A stretch of 64,000 nt of DNA from an uncultured Candidatus Peribacteria bacterium (GTDB lineage Bacteria; Patescibacteriota; Gracilibacteria; Peribacterales; Peribacteraceae), in assembly GCA_964427895.1 (NCBI GenBank), contig CAYRUZ010000001.1:31480-95479 (forward strand), given 5' to 3'. Shown here one piece after another: positions 39,270-48,842 of this stretch. Every line of letters starts with the position of its first letter. Within the stretch, counting starts at the first letter, position 1. A program made the position numbers and the translations under genes. The notes beneath the pieces are model-generated. The model saw nothing but the letters and a program-made list of their open reading frames with translations. It had not been told where the DNA came from and did not search any database.

Positions 39270-40178
39270 ATGCAGAAGATCATCCCCCATCTTTGGTTCG
39301 ACACGCAGGCGAAGGAAGCCGCGGAATTTTACGTCGCGGCATTCGGCGGGGATTCGAAGATCACGCACGCGTCAAAATTGAAAAACACCCCGTCGGGCGA
39401 TTGCGACATCATGTCGTTCACGCTCAATGGGTTCGACTTCATGGCCATCAGCGCCGGTCCGTACTTCACGTTCAATCCGTCGATCTCCTTCATGCTCAAC
39501 TTCGATCCCTCGAAGGACGAGAAGGCGCGCGAGCACCTCGATGTGCTCTGGTCCAAGTTGTCCGACGGAGGAGAAGCATTGATGCCTTTGGACAAATATC
39601 CGTTCAGCGAACGCTACGGATGGATCATGGATAAGTATGGCGTTACCTGGCAGCTCATCCTGACCAATCCGGAGGGAGATCCCCGCCCGTTCATCATTCC
39701 GTCGCTGATGTTCACGGGTGATAACACCGGCAGGGCCGAAGAAGCGATGGATTTTTACGTGTCGGTCTTCAAAGACGCAAAGCGTGGCATGACGGCCTAC
39801 TACCCCGAAGGAGCGGCTCCGGAAAAAGACGCGAAAGTCATGTTTGCCGATTTCCTGTTGGAAGGTCAGTGGTTCGCGGCAATGGACAGCGGACGCATGC
39901 ATACCTTCGGTTTCAACGAGGCTGTTTCTTTGCTCATCCGTTGCCAAGATCAAAGCGATATCGATCACTACTGGGAAAAGCTTTCAGCCCTGCCGGAAGC
40001 CGAACAGTGCGGGTGGCTGAAGGATAAATTCGGTCTGTCGTGGCAGGTGAGTCCGACAGAAATGGATGCCATCATGAACAGCGGAGATCAGGCGAAGATC
40101 GATCGCGTCACCCAGGCGTTTTTGAAGATGAAGAAGTTCGACCTTGCCTCGCTGAGGAAAGCGGCCGAGGGAAAATGA
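39270..40178 (+). CDS. Tandem PhnB-like / 3-demethylubiquinone-9 3-methyltransferase-domain protein (VOC/glyoxalase superfamily)
   Basis: MQKIIPHLWFDTQAKEAAEFYVAAFG at the N-terminus, and a second similar half (IIPSLMFTGDNTGRAEEAMDFYVSVF). Confidence 0.75.
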   Translation: MQKIIPHLWFDTQAKEAAEFYVAAFGGDSKITHASKLKNTPSGDCDIMSFTLNGFDFMAISAGPYFTFNPSISFMLNFDPSKDEKAREHLDVLWSKLSDGGEALMPLDKYPFSERYGWIMDKYGVTWQLILTNPEGDPRPFIIPSLMFTGDNTGRAEEAMDFYVSVFKDAKRGMTAYYPEGAAPEKDAKVMFADFLLEGQWFAAMDSGRMHTFGFNEAVSLLIRCQDQSDIDHYWEKLSALPEAEQCGWLKDKFGLSWQVSPTEMDAIMNSGDQAKIDRVTQAFLKMKKFDLASLRKAAEGK

Positions 40179-40215
40179 TGCGTAACTTTCCGGTGCCGTA
40201 TCCGTATACCTTTGC

Positions 40216-40611
40216 ATGAAGAACACGCTGCTCATCGTCGGTCTCTTCGCCTTCGTGGTCCTGGTTTGCGCTTTTTTCGCTCTTAACGCGTACATCTATC
40301 ATCAAAAACAGGGGGATCCCGCCGACATCCATGCCTATCGCGGGACGTTGACGGGTGAAATGGAGTGCCTCCCCCACCTCGGAGACGGGCCGCATACCAT
40401 GGAATGCGCGATTGGCATGCGCACCGATGCTGGTGAACACTACGCGCTGGATTTCTCCGCCATGTCCCAGCTGGCGCCCTCCATCGATACCGGTGAGCGC
40501 TTCACCGCGAACGGGATGATCACCCCGATCGAACTCCTCAGTACCGATCATTGGAAGAAGTACAGCGTGCAGGGAATCTTCTCCGTCACCGATTCGGTGA
40601 AGAAGTTGTAG
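40216..40611 (+). CDS. Hypothetical membrane-anchored protein
   Basis: N-terminal TM helix LLIVGLFAFVVLVCAFFALNAYIY. No recognised domain. Confidence 0.5.
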   Translation: MKNTLLIVGLFAFVVLVCAFFALNAYIYHQKQGDPADIHAYRGTLTGEMECLPHLGDGPHTMECAIGMRTDAGEHYALDFSAMSQLAPSIDTGERFTANGMITPIELLSTDHWKKYSVQGIFSVTDSVKKL

Positions 40612-40644
40612 CGTCATCGTGAAGGGCGGTCGGTCGCAGGCCGA

Positions 40645-42156
40645 TTAGAGCACCTTCGACATCCGCTCTTCCACGCACATCAGGTCGATGGGCACGAGCG
40701 CTTCCGAGAGGCAGTTGATAATGGCTGTTTGGCAGCGGTCTCCTGTCAGGCATGGAGCGCAGTTGCCGCACGCTCCGCCTGAAGCGTCAGGGATGCATTC
40801 GCCGCTGTTGCAGTATCCGATGGCCGAACAATTTTCCGCAGTCATTTCACAATAGGTGCCCGACGCCCCTTCGGGGCAGGAGCAAAGCATATTGTCCGTG
40901 TCTGCAGTCAGATTGCCACTGAAGGTGGGAGTGCACGTCCCGCCGTTCATGCAGGGCGCGGCGACGCAGTACGTCAGATACACCGTCATCGTCATCGTCT
41001 TCGACGCCGCGGCATAGATACCGCTCGCTGCTTGGTTGGCGGTGATGGTCGTGGTTCCATACGCCCCGACGATATCCGCTGTGCTGCCGACGATGCTTAC
41101 CAGGCTTGTGTTGCCACTGACGAACGTGAAGCTTCCGGGGCTGTTTGACGTGGGAGAGAGCGTGAAATTTTCGTCTATGTGCGATTTCGTCAGATTGCCG
41201 AACGTGATGCTCGGTGCGATGCCCTGCACCGTGAGCGTGGCCGTTGCGGAGTTGGAACGGAAGCTGCCAGCAGCCGCTTGCGTGGCCGTGATGGTTGCCG
41301 TGCCGACGCCCACGATGGTGACGGTATTGCCCGCGATGGTTGCTACGGTCGTGTTCCCGCTGCTGTAAGTGAAGTATCCCGTGCTGTTGGAGAGGGTGGT
41401 GAGGGTAAAATTCGCGTCGCCGTATGTCTTCGTCATATCCTCGAAGGTGATTACCGGCGTGCTCATCTCAGAATTGTCTACGCGGTTGCCGCCGCCCCCT
41501 CCTCCCCGCGGACGAATAAACACGGACGAGGAGGAGATGGAGGACTCGCTTGTTGCTCCGCTTCGGCCGGCGCTTTGAAGGAGAAAGCGGTAAATCATTC
41601 CGGCAACGTCCCCGCGGGTGATGTCGCGTACGGCGTCGAAGTCCTTTTCAACAACAATCCCGTAGCCGATTGCCGTATCGATGTAGGGCGCATACCACGC
41701 TGCTGGATCGATGCCGGCAACCGATGAGGCGGATGATCTGTTCGGCAGCAGCCCCAGGGCGGCGAGGATCATTTTGATTGCCTCGGCCGCATTCACCGTA
41801 TCATCCGGGCGGAAGGTTCCATCAGGATATCCCTGCACCCATCCACGTTCTTTGGCGTAGCACACATAGGCGGCGAACCATTCCTCGTGCACGTCGGGGA
41901 AACAGTCGTGAAAGTCGCCCGCTGCCGGATGCGTGCCGTCATTCGCGACAAGAATTTTTAGTAGTTCCGCTCGGTTCACCGTTCTGTCCGGTTTGAACGT
42001 GCCGTCGGGATAGCCGCCGATGATCTCGTGGGCGAACAAATAGTCTATCGCGTCCTGTGCTGGGTGGCCGGTGATGTCGGAGAGCCCAAATGCCCACGTA
42101 CTTTGTGTGATGCTTGCGCAACACAACACGATCCCGATGCGATGACCGATACGCAT
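40645..42156 (-). CDS. Surface protein: signal peptide, three SLH domains, two Ig-like repeats, and a C-terminal EGF-like/Cys-rich module
   Basis: SLH repeats with the GYPDGTF(K/R)PD motif. There are two roughly 80-aa repeats (ITFxxxTKxYGDxNFTL....T.TA.QAA.G....A). The C-terminus has YCVAAPCMNGGTCTP...CSCPEGASGTYCE plus 10 more Cys. Confidence 0.75.
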   Translation of the reverse strand: MRIGHRIGIVLCCASITQSTWAFGLSDITGHPAQDAIDYLFAHEIIGGYPDGTFKPDRTVNRAELLKILVANDGTHPAAGDFHDCFPDVHEEWFAAYVCYAKERGWVQGYPDGTFRPDDTVNAAEAIKMILAALGLLPNRSSASSVAGIDPAAWYAPYIDTAIGYGIVVEKDFDAVRDITRGDVAGMIYRFLLQSAGRSGATSESSISSSSVFIRPRGGGGGGNRVDNSEMSTPVITFEDMTKTYGDANFTLTTLSNSTGYFTYSSGNTTVATIAGNTVTIVGVGTATITATQAAAGSFRSNSATATLTVQGIAPSITFGNLTKSHIDENFTLSPTSNSPGSFTFVSGNTSLVSIVGSTADIVGAYGTTTITANQAASGIYAAASKTMTMTVYLTYCVAAPCMNGGTCTPTFSGNLTADTDNMLCSCPEGASGTYCEMTAENCSAIGYCNSGECIPDASGGACGNCAPCLTGDRCQTAIINCLSEALVPIDLMCVEERMSKVL

Positions 42157-42262
42157 CGAAGGTCAGTTTAACGCTCCGTACCGGCGATTCAGCTTGTCAT
42201 TTTGCCTCCCCGGTACTGTTGCACAGTTGATGATTCTCGGCGCGTGGGCATAGACTGCGTTC

Positions 42263-42823
42263 ATGAACATCCGCTCTCTGGCGCTGCGCGCCTCCGTCGT
42301 CTCATCCCTCTTCCTCGTCGCCGCGCCCAACGCGTTGGCCTTGCCTTTGTTGCGTCCGATCATTCTTCCGCAGAGCAGTTCCAGTGTGAGCAGCGACTCA
42401 TCCGTCGGCGCCACGAGTTCCTCGTCTTCGGTCATCCGTCCGCTGCAGAAGCTGCTTCTTCCTCCGCCCGGCGGTTCTTCCAGCTCCGTCTCCAGCGCGT
42501 CGTCGCTGAAAATCCCCAAGCCGCTACCGAAGAACGACCTCCTCGAATACTGCAAAGGTATCAAGCTGCTCCTGCAGAAAGGTTCCTCGATGACATCTGT
42601 CGACTCCACAGTCGTCGATCAGTTTAGCTTGAGTATCGACATGCTGACGAAGGCCAATGCGTTGTGTGAATCGATGCTGAGCACGCTCGGTGTTTCGTCA
42701 TCGTCTTCGACGGCTGCTTCCGCTGACTCGAGCTGCGTTAAATCAGGCACGCAGAAAGTCGGCGAAATCACCCTCTGCAAGTATCTGTGCGACGGCAAAG
42801 TAAAAGTGGGAAAGTGTTGGTAG
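42263..42823 (+). CDS. Ser-rich secreted hypothetical protein
   Basis: Signal peptide (LFLVAAPNALA), poly-Ser low-complexity tracts and a Cys-containing C-terminus. Confidence 0.45.
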   Translation: MNIRSLALRASVVSSLFLVAAPNALALPLLRPIILPQSSSSVSSDSSVGATSSSSSVIRPLQKLLLPPPGGSSSSVSSASSLKIPKPLPKNDLLEYCKGIKLLLQKGSSMTSVDSTVVDQFSLSIDMLTKANALCESMLSTLGVSSSSSTAASADSSCVKSGTQKVGEITLCKYLCDGKVKVGKCW

Positions 42824-42872
42824 ATGCTCTCTACAACCTCTTTTCCACTTATGTACGAGATACGAAGACTAT

Positions 42873-44516
42873 TTACTCTATTTTTAGCATCCCCATCATC
42901 CCATTGCTGAGGTGCTCGGCGATGTGGCAGTGGAACATCCAATCGCCAGGGTTGCTTGCATCGAGGAGGATATCCACGGCATGTCCCGCTCGGACGAGCA
43001 CCGTGTCTTTCCAGACGAGATCATCGTTCTTCACTCCGTTATCCGCGAGCACCAAGAACCGCTGGCCATGAAAGTGGATTGGATGCTGCATGGGATGTGC
43101 CGAATCCGCGCTATTCACGATACGAATTTTTAACTGGTCACCCTTCTTCGCGGTGTAGGTAATTTTATCGTTCGCCGCGTCAGTCGCTTCATCGATAATC
43201 TTCCACTGCATCATGCTTCCCATGGCGTTCGTATTCATCATGCCGGCCGTATCTTCCCACTCGATACCGTCCTTGGGCACGTTTCCCATCATCATTCCTC
43301 CATGCCCCATCGCATTACCCATCATGCTCAAATCAAGGAGCAACGTGTGATCGGGCTCTTTGGCAAAAGCCGCTCGGAAAGGATCGATGCTCTTCACCAC
43401 GTCGGCATTCGTGCGCAGTGTCTTGAATTCCGGCAGTCGGTCGGTATCAACGACACCGCCGACAATCTTTGCTGAGACAACTGCTGCGGGGTGTGCAGGA
43501 TCATCTGCTTCGATGAAGGGAACGGTGACACCTACTGATCTGCCATGATTGACGTCATCATCCCAAAAATACATCTCAGCGATTACGCGTTCAGACGGAG
43601 ACAGCGTGAAAGAGTCCGCGAAGAATTCTTTTTCGTATCGGCCGCTGTCCCCGCCGACAATCTTCAGTAGGCTGCCCTTTGGCTGTTGGATCCGATAGGT
43701 ACGAGTATTGGATGCATTAAGGATGGAGAAACGTACGACACTGCCGAGGCCTATCTCCAGTGGCTCAGGCTCTTTGCCATTCACGAGGAATACATTTCCA
43801 AAACGACCCATCAGTGTGTGGTCAGCATTTTGGCTACCATAAGGAACTGGCGACCCGTCCTCCGCGACCAGGAGGTCATTGAGGATGAGTGCCTGCTCGC
43901 TATCGACTGATGCATATGCGTCCGACTTACTCGGTGCGACAAGGATGGCACCATAGAGACCCATCGGTTGTTCCACATCTTCGCGAACGTGCGTGTGATA
44001 CCAGTACATCCCTTCATCGGGCACGGTAATTGTGTACTCATAAGAGCCGCCTGTGGGTATGGCCTCCTGCGTGACGCCATCAGTACCGTCATTCTTATTG
44101 TCTACACGAATGCCGTGCCAGTGAACGGTGGTAGGTAAGTCGATATTGTTGGTGACTTTTACGGTAAAGGTCGATCCTTGTTTGGCGCTGATCGTTGGCC
44201 CCGGGATTTCACCGTTGTAGCCGTACATGGCCATCTCTTTACCACCTATTTTTTTGCGAACTAGTGTGGGGTTAAGACTGATAGTCGATCCATTCTCGAC
44301 TTTAAGCACTTCGCTAGGCTTTGCTTCGGGAAAAGAGGATACCTCTTCTCCTTGCCCAGGAAGGAACGCCGCTCCGTTCTGTTGCATATTCATTCCCATG
44401 CCATGCTCTTGGTTCATCATATTATGATGCTCCTGCATCATGCCTCCATTGCCCATCGAAGGAGCACAGGCAGCAAGCAACAAAGTTCCTATGGTAATAG
44501 TCGAAAGGTGCTTCAT
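42873..44516 (-). CDS. Multicopper oxidase (CueO/PcoA-like) lipoprotein with Met-rich inserts
   Basis: Copper-site motifs HWHGI, HTHV, HPIHFHG and [13 protein letters not shown]. Met/His-rich tracts ([28 protein letters not shown]). Lipobox LLAAC. The ATG at 44516 overlaps the copA stop (ATGA). Confidence 0.85.
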   Translation of the reverse strand: MKHLSTITIGTLLLAACAPSMGNGGMMQEHHNMMNQEHGMGMNMQQNGAAFLPGQGEEVSSFPEAKPSEVLKVENGSTISLNPTLVRKKIGGKEMAMYGYNGEIPGPTISAKQGSTFTVKVTNNIDLPTTVHWHGIRVDNKNDGTDGVTQEAIPTGGSYEYTITVPDEGMYWYHTHVREDVEQPMGLYGAILVAPSKSDAYASVDSEQALILNDLLVAEDGSPVPYGSQNADHTLMGRFGNVFLVNGKEPEPLEIGLGSVVRFSILNASNTRTYRIQQPKGSLLKIVGGDSGRYEKEFFADSFTLSPSERVIAEMYFWDDDVNHGRSVGVTVPFIEADDPAHPAAVVSAKIVGGVVDTDRLPEFKTLRTNADVVKSIDPFRAAFAKEPDHTLLLDLSMMGNAMGHGGMMMGNVPKDGIEWEDTAGMMNTNAMGSMMQWKIIDEATDAANDKITYTAKKGDQLKIRIVNSADSAHPMQHPIHFHGQRFLVLADNGVKNDDLVWKDTVLVRAGHAVDILLDASNPGDWMFHCHIAEHLSNGMMGMLKIE

Positions 44517-46843
44517 AAACTGAGGCGGGCAAAAAGGAAGAAAAGACATGCAAAGCCGACGGTCATAATTATCGGTGCGATATCCGATAGCCAATTTTTT
44601 TTCTGTGGCTCAAAGCCCTTCAGCAAGAGTGAGTTCGAAACTACTGACACAGAGCTGAAAGCCATAGCAAGGCCGGCCAGTTCTGGCCGTAACTCAATTC
44701 CCCAGTGGATGAAGAGTCTCGCTGCGATGGGAATGCCGATGATGTTGTAAAACAGAGCAAAGAAGAGATTCTGTTTCACCTTGCCCATAGTGGCACGACT
44801 TAACTGAATCGCTGTTACCACGTCTCGAAGATCGTTTTTTACAAGAACGATGCCGCCAGTTTCCATCGCAATGTCTGTGCCACTGCCCATGGCAATACCA
44901 AGGTCTGCTTGTGCGAGGGCAGGACTGTCATTGATCCCATCTCCGACCATTGCAACTCGCTTTCCTTGTAATTGGAGACTCTTCACCTCGTTCGCTTTCT
45001 GCTCTGGCAGCACTTCCGCAAGCACCTTCTTGATGTCGACTTTCGCCGCAATCGCTTCTGCTGTGCGTCTGTTATCACCCGTGATCATGTATATCTCGAT
45101 CCCCATGGATTCGAGCGAGCGGACTGCGTCGCTCGACGTTTCTTTCGGCGTGTCGGCTACCGCGACTATGCCCAATACTTTCTGTTTGTCCGCGAGGAGC
45201 ATGGCCGTCTTTCCTTCGCTCTCCAGCCTTTGCATCTCCGCTTCCGCATCAGTCGAGGAAATATCCCCGCGTGACATCAACGCCCGATTGCCGAGTAAGT
45301 AGGTAACTCCGCCGACTGTGCCTTCCACGCCCAAGCCCGGCATGGCGTGGAAATCGTCGCATGGTTGCAGAGGAATAACTTTTTCCTTCGCGTGACGCAC
45401 GATGCTCTCGGCCAGCGGATGCTCGGAGCCTTGTTCGATGCTTCCGGCGAGGCGAAGGATGTCTTCCTGCGAAGAGCCGCCGAAGGCTATGACATCGGTC
45501 ACAGTGGGTTTCCCCTTCGTCAGCGTCCCGGTTTTGTCGAAGACGATGGTGTCGATCCTTTGGGCTGCTTCGAGCGGTTCTCCTCCTCGAATAAGGATTC
45601 CGTATTCTGCTCCTTTACCGGTCGCAACCATGATGCTCGTGGGAGTGGCGAGGCCAAGTGCGCACGGACACGCGATGACGAGAACGGATACGGTCGCCAA
45701 CAGCGCGAAGCTCAAGGTCGCGCCGATCAGCAGCCATCCGACGAGCGTCAAAATTGCGACGATGATCACGGCCGGCACGAACCATGAAGAGACCCAATCG
45801 GCGAAATCCTGGATCGCAGCCTTAGACCCTTGCGCTTCCTCGACGAACGCGATGATGCGTGCGAGCGCGGTTTCGCTGCCCACTTTCTCCGCACGCAATT
45901 CGATGGATCCTTTCCCGTTCATCGTCGCGCCGAAGACGCGGTCGCCTTCCTTCTTCTCTACGGGGATGCTTTCGCCGGTGAGCATCGACTCATCGACGGA
46001 CGTCAAACCTTTCACGACGACGCCATCGACCGGGATCTTCTCCCCGGGACGTACCACGATGATGTCGCCGACGCGGACTTCTTCCACCGGAATGTCGATG
46101 GTCTGGCCATCGCGCAACACCCGCGCGGTCTTCGCCTGGAGGCTCATTAATTTCTGGATCGCTTCGCTGGTTCGTCCCTTAGCTCGCGCTTCCATCCACT
46201 TGCCAAGCAAGACGAAGGTGATGAGGAAGGCCGCGACTTCGAAGTACAGGTCCGGAATGTCTCCGAACAGTGAACCGGTGGCGATCGCATGGGCGGCAAG
46301 ATGGTAGGCGCTGTAGAGGTAGGCCGTCAGCGTGCCGATGGCGATGAGGCTGTCCATGCTGAAGCTCAGCATGCGAAGGCTCGACCAGAATCCCTTGAAG
46401 AATCCTCTACCCAGCCAAAATTCCACGGGGGTCGCGAGCACAAACGACGCGATACCCATGAACGGCATCAGTGCATCATTGAGAGGGTTGCGCGGCAAAA
46501 ACGCCAGCGCCATGAACCCCATCATCGGTAGGCTGAGGCTTAGTCCTGCGAAGAAGGCCCGTCGGTATTCTGCGATTTCTGCTTCTTGGCGCTTCCGATC
46601 CATTTCCACTCCGTGGCTGCCATGCTCGTGGCGGACGCTCGCGCCGTAGCCCGCAGATTGCACGGCCGAAACGAGATGTTCCTCATCAGTAAGTGCGGGA
46701 TCGAAATAGATATGCGCTTTCGCTGCGGCGAGGTTCACGCTCGCGTCGATTACACCGGCGGTTTTCTTCAGCTTGCGCGTTACGAGCGCCGCACAGCTGG
46801 CGCAGTGCATGCCGTTGATGTCGAGGGTGCAATTCGATGCCAT
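44513..46843 (-). CDS. copA: Copper-translocating P1B-type ATPase
   Basis: HMA GMHCASC, TM CPC motif ([11 protein letters not shown]), DKTGT, GDGIND. The start is taken at [14 protein letters not shown] (46843), but an upstream in-frame ATG at 46879 is possible. Confidence 0.9.
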   Translation of the reverse strand: MASNCTLDINGMHCASCAALVTRKLKKTAGVIDASVNLAAAKAHIYFDPALTDEEHLVSAVQSAGYGASVRHEHGSHGVEMDRKRQEAEIAEYRRAFFAGLSLSLPMMGFMALAFLPRNPLNDALMPFMGIASFVLATPVEFWLGRGFFKGFWSSLRMLSFSMDSLIAIGTLTAYLYSAYHLAAHAIATGSLFGDIPDLYFEVAAFLITFVLLGKWMEARAKGRTSEAIQKLMSLQAKTARVLRDGQTIDIPVEEVRVGDIIVVRPGEKIPVDGVVVKGLTSVDESMLTGESIPVEKKEGDRVFGATMNGKGSIELRAEKVGSETALARIIAFVEEAQGSKAAIQDFADWVSSWFVPAVIIVAILTLVGWLLIGATLSFALLATVSVLVIACPCALGLATPTSIMVATGKGAEYGILIRGGEPLEAAQRIDTIVFDKTGTLTKGKPTVTDVIAFGGSSQEDILRLAGSIEQGSEHPLAESIVRHAKEKVIPLQPCDDFHAMPGLGVEGTVGGVTYLLGNRALMSRGDISSTDAEAEMQRLESEGKTAMLLADKQKVLGIVAVADTPKETSSDAVRSLESMGIEIYMITGDNRRTAEAIAAKVDIKKVLAEVLPEQKANEVKSLQLQGKRVAMVGDGINDSPALAQADLGIAMGSGTDIAMETGGIVLVKNDLRDVVTAIQLSRATMGKVKQNLFFALFYNIIGIPIAARLFIHWGIELRPELAGLAMAFSSVSVVSNSLLLKGFEPQKKNWLSDIAPIIMTVGFACLFFLFARLSL

Positions 46844-46847
46844 ACGC

Positions 46848-47063
46848 TCAGGTAGCAGGTTGAATGCGGTATTTGTCATCGAGCGATTCGATTTCCCGTA
46901 TCCAATCTTGAAGGGAGAACCCATCGTCGTGTTCCAGCGTGACCAGCTTCGTCTCGATGTTCACGTCGGCATTACGTATCGCCGGGAAATCGCCGCTCAC
47001 GTCTTTGATGAGCGCTGTGCACGCTTGGCAGTGGATTCCTGGAATGCTGAGAGTCGTAATCAT
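46848..47063 (-). CDS. copZ: HMA-domain copper chaperone (CopZ-like)
   Basis: 71 aa from [19 protein letters not shown], which is the MxCxxC-type metal-binding motif. Confidence 0.7.
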   Translation of the reverse strand: MITTLSIPGIHCQACTALIKDVSGDFPAIRNADVNIETKLVTLEHDDGFSLQDWIREIESLDDKYRIQPAT

Positions 47064-47073
47064 AAGAGGGGAG

Positions 47074-48417
47074 TTATATGACGTTGAAAGAACCCCGGAC
47101 CATGCCCATGGAGCACATGAATCCGAGATGGCCCTTTTGCTGGGGTGTGAATTCAATAACATTTTGCCCTTGCTGCAGGGCTCGAGAGATATTCATGGAG
47201 GGGATGGTAAGTACGCTTGTACAGCCGAAGGCGTCAGTTCCATCGACGATCCATCGGACAGGAACGCCAGCCTTGATCGTAATCAGGTTCGGTTCGTAAC
47301 TCCCGTGGGAAGTGACTTTCATCGATACCTCTTGCACGTCGCTCAAGACCTGTTCTGTCGACATGAGAGGTTCCTGACGGTTGGATGGCAAGGCATCCCC
47401 GAGTCCCGTCAGCGCGAAGCCGTTCTGCAGGTTGAAGAGTGCGAGGAACAACACGAGCGTGCCCGAGAAACGGAGGAACATGCGAGACGCAGCTCCTTTC
47501 GTTGTTGCGGACACCGCACTAATACCGAGCAGTGACGGCAACGTGCCGAGGGCAAAGGTGAACATGAGGAGTGCGCCAGTCAAAAAACTGCCAGATCCTA
47601 GTGCTGCGAGTTGCAGTGATTGGGTAAATCCGCACGGCAGGAAGAAGGTTAGTGCGCCCAGAGTGAGCGGAGCTGCCGGGTGGTCGCTATCAGATAAGCC
47701 CGCAATCCAGTGCGAGAGTTTCTTGGGTGGTCGAATCGGGAAGCTACCCTTTGGGATGAACCCAAGAATCGTCAGAGCCAAATAAATCATGACTAAGGCG
47801 ATGATGATGTTTGCGTAGCCAGTCGTACGAGCGCTAAGTGAAATCGATTGGCCGAGCAATCCAACGATACCTCCAAAAGTGAAATATCCAGCAAGCCGTC
47901 CCATATTAAATGAGAGCAACGGGGCCAACTTCTGCCAAGTGGTCTCAGCTCTGTGCAATTCGTTATGTCTCGCGGCAAGTGCAAGAAGTAGCCCCCCCGT
48001 GACCGCCAGACAGCTGCTCATGCCTGCGACGAGTCCGATCAGGAAGGTGCCGCCGAGCGAGAGAGCACCAGATGTTGAAGGGGCAAACGAAGAAAGATCA
48101 AATGTCCGTAGAATCAGCCAGCCAGCCACAATGATGAGTAGCGACGCAGCGATGTCGATCCATATCTGTGTCTTTGGAGCGATTTCACCTTTCTGAACAA
48201 GACGATAGCCCGCTTTCGTAATCACTTCGGAGATAGCCTCATTGTTTGAAATTCCTTTCTTGGATCCGGTCAGACGCACGACGCCGGTCCGATGATCAGC
48301 GTGGACGTGCGTAATGCCCGGCAATGCGCGCAATTTTCTTTCAAGGAGAAGCTCGCAGCTCGAGCACGTCATATCCGCGACATGCATTGTGTGATGATGT
48401 GATGATGCCTCTGGCAT
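47074..48417 (-). CDS. Fusion protein: His-rich N-terminus and HMA domain, polytopic TauE/DsbD-like membrane domain, C-terminal cupredoxin-like domain
   Basis: MPEASSHHHTMHVADMTCSSC (HMA), about 8 hydrophobic helices, and a C-terminal beta-rich domain with VRWIVDG....GC.....P and HLGFMCSMGM Cu-ligand-like residues. Confidence 0.7.
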   Translation of the reverse strand: MPEASSHHHTMHVADMTCSSCELLLERKLRALPGITHVHADHRTGVVRLTGSKKGISNNEAISEVITKAGYRLVQKGEIAPKTQIWIDIAASLLIIVAGWLILRTFDLSSFAPSTSGALSLGGTFLIGLVAGMSSCLAVTGGLLLALAARHNELHRAETTWQKLAPLLSFNMGRLAGYFTFGGIVGLLGQSISLSARTTGYANIIIALVMIYLALTILGFIPKGSFPIRPPKKLSHWIAGLSDSDHPAAPLTLGALTFFLPCGFTQSLQLAALGSGSFLTGALLMFTFALGTLPSLLGISAVSATTKGAASRMFLRFSGTLVLFLALFNLQNGFALTGLGDALPSNRQEPLMSTEQVLSDVQEVSMKVTSHGSYEPNLITIKAGVPVRWIVDGTDAFGCTSVLTIPSMNISRALQQGQNVIEFTPQQKGHLGFMCSMGMVRGSFNVI

Positions 48418-48460
48418 AGAAAAGAAAAGAAGAAATACAAGAATACTCCTTTTCTTGTTT

Positions 48461-48781
48461 CTACAGTCGACGTACGACGTCCATCGCTATACCAGGCGGT
48501 CCGGGCGATGTAGTCGGGGCAACACGAAGACTTCCCGTTTTGCCTGTCGGCACAACGCAGGATGGGTACGAAAAAGCGACGCAATGCATCGAGAAGGACA
48601 CACTTACAGTTATCGGCAGAGCCTCCTCAACAGCGGAAAAACAGTGCCCGTCGCATGCAGCGGTTTCGTGATGGGTCATGCCGTCTTGCATGTCCATTGC
48701 CTGTGCCATGGGCATCATGCAAAAACTTCCGAGCAACAGATGGACGCTGAAGGCCGCTGAAACGATAGATGCCAACCGCAT
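48461..48781 (-). CDS. Small secreted Met/His/Cys-rich hypothetical protein at the head of the copper cluster
   Basis: Signal-like MRLASIVSAAFSVHLLLGSFC followed by MMPMAQAMDMQDGMTHHETAACDGHC. Coding status is uncertain. Confidence 0.35.
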   Translation of the reverse strand: MRLASIVSAAFSVHLLLGSFCMMPMAQAMDMQDGMTHHETAACDGHCFSAVEEALPITVSVSFSMHCVAFSYPSCVVPTGKTGSLRVAPTTSPGPPGIAMDVVRRL

Positions 48782-48842
48782 TCCGGCTAAGTGTAACGTA
48801 TTTCCCGGGTATGCAGGCAACAGGTTGTCGGCTTTTTGTTTC

